Virus record (IMG/VR): IMGVR_UViG_3300031088_000782
Location: 96,001-160,000 of that record
Source of the DNA: a virus
Taxonomy: Duplodnaviria > Caudoviricetes
Direction: 5' to 3' (one strand)
DNA length: 64,000 nucleotides
In this document: positions 29,180 to 38,832 of the stretch, in pieces
Position numbering within the stretch: position 1 is the stretch's first letter
Layout: every line of letters begins with the position of its first letter
The notes under the pieces: model-generated
What the model was told of the DNA's origin: nothing
Seen by the model: only the letters and a program-made list of their open reading frames with translations
Database searches by the model: none
Translations under genes and position numbers: made by a program

Positions 29180-31096
29180 GTGGCTGAGAAAAAATCATTG
29201 AGCGATCATCCTTCTCTTTTGTTTGAATGGGATTATGAGAAAAATAAAAATCTTAGTCCTTCGCTTGACAAGTTTTCTGGCCGGACAAAACTTTGGTGGA
29301 AATGCAAAAAGGGACATTCTTGGGATGCTATTCTGACAAACAGGATTAATGGCTCTGGTTGTCCTTTCTGTGCTGGAAAGAGAATTCTTAAAGGTTTTAA
29401 TGATGTTTTGACTCTTAATCCAGATTTGGTCAATAATGAGTGGGATTTTGACAAAAACACCCTGTGCCCTTCTGAAATTGGATTGAACAGTTCCAAAAAA
29501 GTTTGGTGGAAATGCTTGAATTCAGATCATTCTTATGAGTCTACTACTGCTTCTCGAAAACGTGGTCGCGGTTGCCCTTATTGTACTAATAAAAAAGTCC
29601 TTATTGGATTCAATGATTTCGCTTCTCAATCTTCTGAGTTGCTGTCAGAATGGGATTTTAGCAAAAACAAAATAGATCCTACTGAAATAACTTCTGGCTC
29701 AGATAAAGCTGTTTGGTGGGTGTGCGCTAATAGTCATTCCTATAATATGTCCGCCTATAAACGCTCTATTGGCAGAGGATGCCCTGTCTGTGCTGGAAAG
29801 ACAGTTATTTTTGAAACTTCTGTAAAAGGTGACTCTCATATGTCTGAATTGTGGGATTATGAGAAGAACAGTGTTGATCCTGAATTAATATCCACAGGAA
29901 GCAATAAATTATGTTGGTGGATCGGTAAAGACTGCGGACACAGGTTTGAAAAAAGCCCTAAATTTATCAAAAACGGGTCTGAATGCCCATATTGTGCCTC
30001 TGCGAATCCACAAGTTTTAAAAGGATTTAACGATCTTCAAACTAAAGCTCCGCACTTAGTTAGGGAATGGAGTAAAAAGAACTTGTTATCCCCTTCGGAT
30101 TTCATTGCCGGATCAAAGAAAAAAGTATGGTGGGTATGTAATAAAGGACATGAATGGGAAACAGCTATCGAATATCGCTATAAAAGCCTTTCATCTTGCC
30201 CTAAATGCTCAATGAAAGGAACCTCAAAAACAGAAAAAGAAGTACAGAATTTTGTTGAGCATATTATTTCCGATAATTCTCAAATAGTTTTTAATTCTTA
30301 TCAAATAATTCCTCCACAAGAGCTTGATATTTATATTCCGTCTAAAAATATTGCGATTGAATTCAACGGGTTATATTGGCATAGCGAAATGGCAGGTAAA
30401 GATAAAAATTACCACTATGATAAATGGAAAAAGTGTCAAGATCAGGGAATACAGCTTATAACCATATGGGAAGATGACTGGAAAAACAATCGCTTAATAG
30501 TAGAATCAATGCTTAAACACAAGCTGATTTTAAGTGATACTGATAAAATTTATGCAAGAAAATCATTTTTTAAAGAAATATCTTATGTTGATGCTGAATC
30601 TTTTCTTAACAAACATCATATTCAAAAATATAAAGGTATGACTAAAAACTTTGGATTATTTGATACCCATAAAAAAGAGTTAATTGCAGTTATGTCATTT
30701 TCCAGCAAAAACAACATTTTAAGCTTAGAGCGTTATGCTACATCTGTGAATGTTGTTGGTGGATTTTCAAAAATGTTAAAGAATTCAATTAAATATTTTA
30801 AAAATAACAATCCAAATATTGATACTGTTGTAACTTTTTCTGATCATGAAGTTAGTGATGGTGAATTGTATAAGAAAAATGGGTTTGAAGTTGACTACTT
30901 GATTGATCCTGATTATAAATATATTTACAAAAATCAGCGATTTCATAAATTCAGTTTTAGGAAAATTCGATTTGAAAAAGATTCTGAATTAATATTTAAA
31001 AAAGAAATGACGGAAAAAGAATTAGCAGACCTTAATGGAATTTTTCGTATTTGGGATTCAGGAAAAACAAAGTATATAAAAATGTTAGATGCATAA
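29180..31096 (+). CDS. zinc-ribbon-repeat endonuclease (5 repeats)
   Basis: Same architecture; GTG start after gaggagg; ORF track start is 29159. Confidence 0.8.
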   Translation: MAEKKSLSDHPSLLFEWDYEKNKNLSPSLDKFSGRTKLWWKCKKGHSWDAILTNRINGSGCPFCAGKRILKGFNDVLTLNPDLVNNEWDFDKNTLCPSEIGLNSSKKVWWKCLNSDHSYESTTASRKRGRGCPYCTNKKVLIGFNDFASQSSELLSEWDFSKNKIDPTEITSGSDKAVWWVCANSHSYNMSAYKRSIGRGCPVCAGKTVIFETSVKGDSHMSELWDYEKNSVDPELISTGSNKLCWWIGKDCGHRFEKSPKFIKNGSECPYCASANPQVLKGFNDLQTKAPHLVREWSKKNLLSPSDFIAGSKKKVWWVCNKGHEWETAIEYRYKSLSSCPKCSMKGTSKTEKEVQNFVEHIISDNSQIVFNSYQIIPPQELDIYIPSKNIAIEFNGLYWHSEMAGKDKNYHYDKWKKCQDQGIQLITIWEDDWKNNRLIVESMLKHKLILSDTDKIYARKSFFKEISYVDAESFLNKHHIQKYKGMTKNFGLFDTHKKELIAVMSFSSKNNILSLERYATSVNVVGGFSKMLKNSIKYFKNNNPNIDTVVTFSDHEVSDGELYKKNGFEVDYLIDPDYKYIYKNQRFHKFSFRKIRFEKDSELIFKKEMTEKELADLNGIFRIWDSGKTKYIKMLDA

Positions 31097-31337
31097 ATTG
31101 ATTGAACTCATTCTTAATCAATTTTGATAAGATATGAAATGTAGGTAATGTGTACAGGATGCTTTTTGCTGACATTAAAGTTGTTTTCAATGCGGTGATA
31201 TTCAAAATGAGTTTTTTGAAAAATCTTTTTGAAAACGATTGAAATAGTGCTGAAAAAGTGGCTTGTAATCTAATGTTTTTAGGGTGCGTTACAGAATAGA
31301 TTTTAAGAAATATTAAACAATGCAAAAAGGGAGTTTT

Positions 31338-31796
31338 ATGAGCGAGGATAACGAGTTTTCTGATATGAGGTCTGCTGATGATGTACCCTCCTATAGCGTT
31401 CCTCAATTTAAAAACGCTCAGTCTGATCGATTTTATGATTATGAAACAAATATTTTCGATTATGAACATTTAGATGATTTAAACATGGCTATAAAAAATG
31501 CACGTTTGGCTTTGTTTGAAATTACAGATAAAATTAATGAAGCTGAACGTAAAGAGAAACATTGTAAGGTCAAATACGAAAGAGAACACCGTAGAGCTTA
31601 TTTGAAAGCAACACAAAAGACAGAAAAAGACAGAAAAGCTTATGCTGATCTGCAATGTGAGGATCTTGAGGATAATGCAATAGTCTATGAACAGGTTAGA
31701 ATTGATTTGATACGCATTAGTAATTCTATTCGTTTAGAACTTCAAACATTACAGGCTCTTGGAAATAACATCAGACAACAAATGAAGATGGAGTGA
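31338..31796 (+). CDS. coiled-coil hypothetical protein
   Basis: Heptad pattern; RBS aagggag. Confidence 0.7.
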   Translation: MSEDNEFSDMRSADDVPSYSVPQFKNAQSDRFYDYETNIFDYEHLDDLNMAIKNARLALFEITDKINEAERKEKHCKVKYEREHRRAYLKATQKTEKDRKAYADLQCEDLEDNAIVYEQVRIDLIRISNSIRLELQTLQALGNNIRQQMKME

Positions 31797-31800
31797 GACT

Positions 31801-32361
31801 GTGGCCGACCTTGCAACGAAAGATTTAACAAAAAGATTGACTAAACTTGGATCAATCTTCCTGATCGCTATAATTATTCTTTCTATCAGTGTTGTTGCTA
31901 CTTTATTGATTCAGAGAGTTTCTATTTTTGCTATTGCGGGATCTTCTATGGAGCCTACTTTGACAGATAGACAAACTGTTATTCTTAAACAATCGAAAAC
32001 TGTTGAGCATGGAGAATTTGTTTTTTTCAAGAAACCTAAATCCTGGAGCGATTATGTTGATAGAGACACTACTTTGGTTAAGAGGATAACTGCTGTTCCT
32101 AACGACACTCTTTCTTTTGACGGGAAATCGTTCAAAGTTAATGGGGAAGATGTTTATGATCTTTCAAAAAACGAATACGAATGTGCAAAAGGTCAAAAAG
32201 GCTATGAGCACACATTAAGCAATAAAGAAATTTTTGTTATGGGTGACAATCCTAATCATAGTTTGGATTCGAGAAGAATTTTCTGTGATGGAAATGTTAA
32301 TGAAATGTTCATTCCCAAATATTCTATTGTTGATTATGGTCAAATTGTTGTTAAATTTTGA
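31801..32361 (+). CDS. signal peptidase I (S26)
   Basis: TM helix; GSSMEPTL (catalytic Ser), LVKRI (catalytic Lys), GDNPNHSLDSR. Confidence 0.92.
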   Translation: MADLATKDLTKRLTKLGSIFLIAIIILSISVVATLLIQRVSIFAIAGSSMEPTLTDRQTVILKQSKTVEHGEFVFFKKPKSWSDYVDRDTTLVKRITAVPNDTLSFDGKSFKVNGEDVYDLSKNEYECAKGQKGYEHTLSNKEIFVMGDNPNHSLDSRRIFCDGNVNEMFIPKYSIVDYGQIVVKF

Positions 32362-32376
32362 GAAAGGTGAATGTAT

Positions 32377-33321
32377 ATGAAGATTGCTTTAATTGTTGAT
32401 AAATCTCAACCTTACCTTGATTTTCAAAGAGATCGTATTTTTACTCAATGGAATGTAGAAGATTTTGATCATGTGAAAAGTTTTTCTGAAGTTGGAGAAG
32501 CAACTATTTTTGGAGAGCCTCCTGCTTCTGCTATTTTTCTCAATGATATCAACAGTGTAAAAAAAATTTATGAGGATTTGGCACAAGCAAAAAAGTCAAA
32601 CATTTTAGAATCTCGTTTGTCTCAGGGGTTAATCATAACAACGACAGTAGCAAGAGTATCTACTAAAAAACTTGAATCTTTCATTAAGGATAATAATGGA
32701 ATTGTCGTTTTTGCAAAAGAGAACTCAAAAGACAAAACTAATGTCACTGATAAATTATTGAATGAAACTTCTTTGAACAGAGAGGTAAAGAAGTTTCTTT
32801 CAGAATATATTGGAGATGATTATGAAACTCTTGTGTCATTGTTGAGAAATATTTCGGTTCTTTCCCCAAAACAGCAGAATAAGCTTGAAGTTGAGGATAT
32901 GTTTATTCGCCTTCCACAGTCTCCTGGCTCTGTTGCTCCTTGGGAAATTGAGAAACCTTTAATGTCAGGTGATGCGAATTCAACCATTGAGCTTTACAGA
33001 AGAATTTCTCAACATAGTCATTACTTGGTTGTTTTATCTATCTTGAAAAATAAGATTCAACTGTCATGGAGAATTGCTTCTTTGTTAAGTATTGATTCAA
33101 GAATGAATTTAGCTGATTCCGCTTCTGCTTTGGGTGTTGCTAACAATTATCCTTTTAAATTAGCAACAGAAAATGCGAAAAAACTAGGTTTAAATAAACT
33201 TGAATATTGTTTAAGTGTTATAGCTGACACAGAAGCAGATGTAAAAGGTGGGTCAAGTGCTGATGGAAATGTTATAATGGAAATAACGTTAATGAAGATT
33301 TTAAATAAACTTAGGGGTTAA
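32377..33321 (+). CDS. DNA polymerase III delta (HolA)-like subunit
   Basis: About 315 aa degenerate clamp-loader fold; PW.I, ANNYPFK and IADTEADVKGG resemble actinobacterial HolA. Confidence 0.65.
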   Translation: MKIALIVDKSQPYLDFQRDRIFTQWNVEDFDHVKSFSEVGEATIFGEPPASAIFLNDINSVKKIYEDLAQAKKSNILESRLSQGLIITTTVARVSTKKLESFIKDNNGIVVFAKENSKDKTNVTDKLLNETSLNREVKKFLSEYIGDDYETLVSLLRNISVLSPKQQNKLEVEDMFIRLPQSPGSVAPWEIEKPLMSGDANSTIELYRRISQHSHYLVVLSILKNKIQLSWRIASLLSIDSRMNLADSASALGVANNYPFKLATENAKKLGLNKLEYCLSVIADTEADVKGGSSADGNVIMEITLMKILNKLRG

Positions 33322-33323
33322 TT

Positions 33324-34898
33324 TTGAGAGCAAAGCATGATTATGAAGCAGAGAGTGCCGTTCGTAGGCAAACAAATTTAGATAGAATTGACACAGATCC
33401 TTTTATCGGTTATTCTACAGGGCTTGAAGCTGTTGAAGACTGTCAAATTTCCAGTCAGGTTGAGGTTTTAGCTCGGCTTCTTAATCGTGAAAATCTTTTT
33501 ATTTCTGGTCCCGCTGGCTCCGGAAAGACAACTATTATCAAAAGATTTATTGATCTTATTGATGGGCAATTTGAGGGAAGATTCAATGTTGAGGTTACTG
33601 CTTCAACTGGCCTTGCAGCGACTCTCATCAATGGACGAACAATTCATTCATGGTCTGGGCTAGGTGTTTACGACAAAGTTTATCAGCCAAAAAATAAAGA
33701 CGTTAATCTTTATACCGCTTGGGATAGAATCAAATATACTGACGTTTTGATTATTGATGAAATTTCTATGCTTCATGCTTATTATTTGGACAATATTGAT
33801 GCAGTATGCAAACAGGTCAGAAGAAACAAAAAGCCTTTTGGAGGAATTCAAGTGGTATTTCTTGGTGACTTCCTGCAACTTCCTCCGGTTGCACCGCGTG
33901 ATAAGAATGATGACATGAATTATGATTATGCGATTACTTCTGATGCATGGAAAAACGCTAACATCAAATATTGCTATATGGACAAAACACATAGAGCCTC
34001 CGACAAATATTTGCAATATATTCTTAAAAGTATTTCTGCAAATAAAGTGAATGATACTACTTTAAAAATCATCAATGCTTGCAGAAATAACAAAAAAGAT
34101 CCACAAGCAACTTATACTACTCTTTTTACAAAGAACAGAAATGTTGATCTTTACAATGATCAGCAACTAGCGAAGAATCCCAATCCTTTGAAAACTTTCA
34201 ATTTGGTAAAGTTTTCAGGAAGTGAAAAAAATATTGAAAAATTAGTAAAAAGCAGAAATGTTCCAGAAAAAATCAATCTTAAAATTGGAGCTACTGTTAT
34301 TGTGACAGCAAATTACTTTGATGAAAATTTGGGAAGAAACACAGCCGCTAACGGAACTGTGGGAAAGGTTGTTTCAATAGATAGGTATGGGATAGAGGTT
34401 CGTTTGAATGATGGCGAAATTATTCCAATTCAGCCAATGAACTACCTCTCTTCTAAAAAGGAAGTAGTAGAGAGCAAAATCACAGGTAAAATCACTGAAA
34501 TTGAAAAAGTTGAAGCAAGCGTCTCTCAACTTCCTGTAAAATTGGGTTATGCTATTACAGTACATAAATCTCAGGGGCAAACATTAGATGCTGTTGAAGT
34601 TGATTTATCAGAATGCTTTATTCCAGGATTGGGATATGTGGCACTGTCAAGAGTGCGAGATGCGAAAAATCTTATCATCAAAGACTTCAATGACAAAGCT
34701 CTGGAAGTTGATAAAAGATCGCTGAAGATTTCCACACTTGTTAAAAAGAAAGCTTTGGAAAATAGAAAAGAATTTATTGAAAAAATTGATGATTATTTAG
34801 GCTTAGTAGAAAACCCTTTATTACGCAATCTGACTTGGGATGATTCAAAAGCAGGCAACGTTCGTAAGGTAGAAAACAAGAAGAATAAGAAAAAATAG
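33324..34898 (+). CDS. PIF1/RecD-like SF1B helicase
   Basis: GPAGSGKT, ASTGLAA, DEISM, GDFLQLPPV, YAITVHKSQGQT, YVALSRV. Confidence 0.92.
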   Translation: MRAKHDYEAESAVRRQTNLDRIDTDPFIGYSTGLEAVEDCQISSQVEVLARLLNRENLFISGPAGSGKTTIIKRFIDLIDGQFEGRFNVEVTASTGLAATLINGRTIHSWSGLGVYDKVYQPKNKDVNLYTAWDRIKYTDVLIIDEISMLHAYYLDNIDAVCKQVRRNKKPFGGIQVVFLGDFLQLPPVAPRDKNDDMNYDYAITSDAWKNANIKYCYMDKTHRASDKYLQYILKSISANKVNDTTLKIINACRNNKKDPQATYTTLFTKNRNVDLYNDQQLAKNPNPLKTFNLVKFSGSEKNIEKLVKSRNVPEKINLKIGATVIVTANYFDENLGRNTAANGTVGKVVSIDRYGIEVRLNDGEIIPIQPMNYLSSKKEVVESKITGKITEIEKVEASVSQLPVKLGYAITVHKSQGQTLDAVEVDLSECFIPGLGYVALSRVRDAKNLIIKDFNDKALEVDKRSLKISTLVKKKALENRKEFIEKIDDYLGLVENPLLRNLTWDDSKAGNVRKVENKKNKKK

Positions 34899-34989
34899 GA
34901 TTATTAAATAATATTTTCATATATTTTTGTTAGAATATTCAATGAACTATTTTTAAAAGTGAAGATTATGAGATTTAGGTAGTATAACT

Positions 34990-36273
34990 ATGAGCAAAGA
35001 AAACAAAGATTTACCAGAAAACGAAGATAAACATACATCAAATGATAGCATTAATAATGGCGCATCTGATGATCAAATGTTTGCAGATTTGATTTCTGAT
35101 GATGATAATAATGAATATACTCGTGATAAAGAATATGAAGAAGCACTTCCTGATCTTGATGAAAATCATTTTGCATCTGATAAAACATCAGAGACTTCAG
35201 TTATTGATTCAAATGAAACAGAAAGCGAAAACAAATCTCCAGTAATTCATTCTGAAGATGATAAAATTCAAAACACAAATATGAAAAATACTGTTGATGA
35301 TTCTGCTGTTCCTAAGAGCCGTGCAGAGATTAAGCGAGCAGAAAAGAAGAAGAAGAAAAAGAAAAAAATTATCGCAAGCTCTATTGCTGGAGCTGTTATT
35401 ATTGCAGGACTTGGCGGATTTTTCGGATTTCAAAAATATATGGACACACAGTCAACCACTGTTCCCCAAGCAGCAAAAACCATTAGTTATGATGAAGACA
35501 CCAAAAAAGTTTGTAAAGAATTTGTTTCTTCTGATCTAAAATGCGAAGTCAAGTGGGAAATCAATGACAATGTTGATCGCGGAGGGCTGTTGAGTCAATC
35601 CGTGGCAAGTGATGAAAAAGTCGACAATGGAACAAATGTTGTTCTCACATATTCCAATGGGCCTTCAACTTCTGAATTCCCTAACCTTAATGGTGTAAAT
35701 ATTGAGGAAGCCAAAAAATCTCTTTATAACATGAATATTGAAGTTTCCGAAGTTAAAGAAGTTGATGGAAATGGACTTGATAAAAACGAAATAGTCTCAA
35801 CAAGTATAGAACCTGGGACTAAGGTTAATAATGGTGATGCTGTCACCATTAATGTATCTAACGGAAATGTAAAACTTCCTGATTGGAGCGGCAAAACTAA
35901 GGAATATGTAGAAGCTGATGCTAAAAAATTGGGAATCAAGGTTAAATTCACAGAAGAAGAATCAGATAAAGCTTCAGGAATTGTCATTAGTCAAACCCCT
36001 AAAGCTGGTGAAACAACTACATCAACAGAAATAAATGTAGTTCTTTCGAAATCTTTTGAAGCCAAAGAAATTGAAATTCCTGATGTGATTGGGAAAACAG
36101 CAGAAGAAGCTCAAACAGAATTAGCTACAGCCGGATTCCGTCAAATTAAAACTGTCAAAGTAAAGAATGCGGAAGTTACTGAAACACAAGTTACACAAGT
36201 TGTCCCTGGCGTTGGACAAAAAGGAAACAGTGAAGAAAATATTGTCATTATTGTTTCTGAACCTATCAAGTAA
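34990..36273 (+). CDS. membrane protein with 4 extracellular PASTA domains and no kinase
   Basis: Acidic disordered N-terminus, poly-Lys + TM, then PASTA repeats (FPNLNG, LPDWSGK, IPDVIGK plus one degenerate). Confidence 0.85.
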   Translation: MSKENKDLPENEDKHTSNDSINNGASDDQMFADLISDDDNNEYTRDKEYEEALPDLDENHFASDKTSETSVIDSNETESENKSPVIHSEDDKIQNTNMKNTVDDSAVPKSRAEIKRAEKKKKKKKKIIASSIAGAVIIAGLGGFFGFQKYMDTQSTTVPQAAKTISYDEDTKKVCKEFVSSDLKCEVKWEINDNVDRGGLLSQSVASDEKVDNGTNVVLTYSNGPSTSEFPNLNGVNIEEAKKSLYNMNIEVSEVKEVDGNGLDKNEIVSTSIEPGTKVNNGDAVTINVSNGNVKLPDWSGKTKEYVEADAKKLGIKVKFTEEESDKASGIVISQTPKAGETTTSTEINVVLSKSFEAKEIEIPDVIGKTAEEAQTELATAGFRQIKTVKVKNAEVTETQVTQVVPGVGQKGNSEENIVIIVSEPIK

Positions 36274-36280
36274 AGCATTT

Positions 36281-36339
36281 TCGGACGAAACTCACAATTG
36301 ACATAATTCTGATATTATTTAATTGTGAGTTTCGTCCGA
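36281..36339 (+). terminator. long perfect hairpin
   Basis: 19-bp tcggacgaaactcacaatt / aattgtgagtttcgtccga. Confidence 0.7.
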
Positions 36340-36663
36340 CAGGAATAAATTCATTAATTTTTTGATTCGTTAAACAATCAAAGGAAGTAAGGCATTGTTC
36401 TGAAAGTTTCGATATTGTCTGCTTCTGAATCAATAAAGGGTGATATGTCAATAACTTAAAATGGTGCAATAATATGGAGACAAAAGCGTTTGCCAAAATT
36501 TCTATATGATTGTACTATTTTTTTGACAATTACTACCCAATAAAGAAGAAGAGCAAACGAATCTGCTCTTTCATCTAGTTACTCAAAGCTAGGTGCCAAA
36601 CCGAAAATAGAGGAAGTGAGATATACCGACTGAGAACGGGAATCTCCCTAGTGGAAGAACAAT

Positions 36664-37806
36664 ATGAAAAATAAATTAAACTATATATTATCAGGATTTA
36701 CGTTAGCAATATGTGTTACCAGCATTACAGCTACAAGCGCAGTTGCTGCTCCAAATGAAATTCTAGACAAAGCTCCTGAAACAACAATAAACAATGATGA
36801 TAAAACGAACAATGAGTATAATTCAAAGATTATTCTCAATGATTCAGAGGGAACAGAAGTCATCAACATCAATACAGCTGACACCACACTTTCAGAAGCA
36901 CTTGCAGATAACGGCGATAAAATAACTGACTACAAAGATTCTAACTCTGAACCTGTGGACGAAAGCCAATCTCTTAAAAACGGAGAGGATATTTCTCTAT
37001 TCAAATCTGAAACATCTGGCGATTCTGATGTTATTAAACTCAAAGCTCCCACAATAAAAAAGAAAACTGATGATCTTTATGTTGGCGAAAAAGAAGTTAA
37101 AGAAAAAGGTAAAGATGGAGAAGCTCTGAAAACAACTCTTGTCACAAAAGATTTGGCATCTGATAAGAAAATAAACGATGAAGCTTCGGGTGATGACAAT
37201 GGGAAAACAGTTGAAGAAAAATTGACTGTCCTAAAAGCACCAAAAGCGAAAATCGTTCTTGTCGGAACAAAAGAACGACCAACACCTACTGCATCAGAAG
37301 AAGAGACTAATACTGATCCTGTATATGACGAGAATTCTTCCAATGCAAATTCTGCTTCAACAGAAAATAACTCAAACAACAGTTCATCCGCAAGCTCTGA
37401 ATCAACTTATGAAAATTCAAGCTCATCTAGCGCATCCAAAACCTCTTCAAAAGGATCTGAAAGCAACCGAAGTGATGTTGTTAGCTTAGTAAGAGCACAA
37501 TTAGGCAAACCTTATGTTTGGGGAGCTACTGGTCCTAACTCGTTTGATTGTTCAGGATTGGTTTATTATATTTACCACACTAAGAAAGGTATGAATATCC
37601 CACGAACATCAACTGCTCAAGGTATGGCATCTACTCCTGTTAGCTGGAGTGATATCCAGCCTGGAGATATTGTGTGGAGAACAGGCCATATTGGAATCTA
37701 TGTTGGCGGCGGAAAAGTAATTCACGCTCCAAGAGCAGGAAAGCCTGTTACTGAATTAAGCGTTGATTATTTTAAGAATAGCGGATTCAAACCAGGCAGA
37801 TTTTGA
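36664..37806 (+). CDS. secreted G5-domain NlpC/P60 peptidoglycan endopeptidase
   Basis: Signal peptide; G5-like (EKGKDG..PKAKIVLVGTK); Ser-rich linker; PYVWG..FDCSGLV, HIGIY, HA. Confidence 0.9.
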   Translation: MKNKLNYILSGFTLAICVTSITATSAVAAPNEILDKAPETTINNDDKTNNEYNSKIILNDSEGTEVININTADTTLSEALADNGDKITDYKDSNSEPVDESQSLKNGEDISLFKSETSGDSDVIKLKAPTIKKKTDDLYVGEKEVKEKGKDGEALKTTLVTKDLASDKKINDEASGDDNGKTVEEKLTVLKAPKAKIVLVGTKERPTPTASEEETNTDPVYDENSSNANSASTENNSNNSSSASSESTYENSSSSSASKTSSKGSESNRSDVVSLVRAQLGKPYVWGATGPNSFDCSGLVYYIYHTKKGMNIPRTSTAQGMASTPVSWSDIQPGDIVWRTGHIGIYVGGGKVIHAPRAGKPVTELSVDYFKNSGFKPGRF

Positions 37807-37833
37807 TAAAAATTAATATTTATGCAATCTAGT

Positions 37834-37875
37834 AAAAGATACCTTCATTTTTGACAAAGAGTGAAGGTATCTTTT
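37834..37875 (+). terminator. terminator hairpin
   Basis: aaaagataccttcat / gtgaaggtatctttt. Confidence 0.75.
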
Positions 37876-38044
37876 CTTCTGTATATAGGGTGATTTCTTT
37901 AAAAAGCACCCTATAAGCCCTTAACGAAACTTTTTGAATAAACTCTATGTTCCATATGTTAAAACGTCTTATAATCCAAATTTGACAAATCCCTTTCGCT
38001 ATAATATGATTAAACTATCAAATGAATTTACGAAAGGTTAAATA

Positions 38045-38620
38045 ATGTCTATTCGTCCATATCCGGTTGCTCTGGAAAATGAGAATTCCGCTAATGCTAA
38101 TGTTGCTGACATGTATAAGTCATGGACTCTCAATGAAATTCGCGCTGATCTCGACAAAAAGCGCACACCCCTTGTTTCTGTTTTTATGAATCTTACGCAT
38201 GAATTCAACAAAGCTTCTGGAATCAGGGCAAGCAATGCTTATCTTGGCGATCATGTCTATCTTGTTGGGCGAAGAAAGTACAATCGAAAGGGAACTGTTG
38301 GAACGCATCAGTATGAGCATGTTTCAAGTGCTGACACTCTTTCTGAAGTTGTTGAACTCCTTCATGAAAAGGGATACACTGTTTTTGCTGTAGATAACAT
38401 TGATTCGTATAATCCTAAAAACATTTGGGACGTAGACCTTCCGGAGAAGAGTGCTTTTGTCTATGGTGAGGAGATGAGAGGACTTCAGCCGGAAGAGATC
38501 GAGTTGTGCGATGATATGATTTTTTGTCAGATGTATGGAAGCGTGCGTTCTCTTAACGTAGCTCAGTGTAGTGCGGTTGTGATGAACGAATACTCAAAGC
38601 AGAATCGTCATCTTAGATAA
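38045..38620 (+). CDS. SpoU/TrmH-family RNA 2'-O-methyltransferase
   Basis: N..SGIRAS, VYGEEMRGL, MYGSVRSLNVAQCSAVVMNEY SPOUT motifs. Confidence 0.85.
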   Translation: MSIRPYPVALENENSANANVADMYKSWTLNEIRADLDKKRTPLVSVFMNLTHEFNKASGIRASNAYLGDHVYLVGRRKYNRKGTVGTHQYEHVSSADTLSEVVELLHEKGYTVFAVDNIDSYNPKNIWDVDLPEKSAFVYGEEMRGLQPEEIELCDDMIFCQMYGSVRSLNVAQCSAVVMNEYSKQNRHLR

Positions 38621-38648
38621 CAGAAAATCGTTTTGAGATAAATTATAT

Positions 38649-38694
38649 AAAAGCATGACAGGATTTTGAAACAATTAAATCCTGTCATGCTTTT
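38649..38694 (+). terminator. terminator hairpin
   Basis: 18-bp aaaagcatgacaggattt / aaatcctgtcatgctttt. Confidence 0.75.
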
Positions 38695-38832
38695 TATTAT
38701 TTTTTTCGCAAATTTCACCAATACACAATAATATTATGAAAAGCTGTGATAAAACAAAAGTTATTTTCAATTAATAATTAGGTAAAATACTAAGAATGAA
38801 TGAATATGATGAAAATATTGTAGGGAGAATGA

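Noticed and set aside
31338-31796. UvsY-like recombination mediator call
   Set aside because: Only a generic coiled-coil resemblance; cannot be supported without a profile search.
36540-36660. c-di-AMP (ydaO) riboswitch
   Set aside because: The conserved ydaO blocks are not recognisable; kept only as an unassigned leader.
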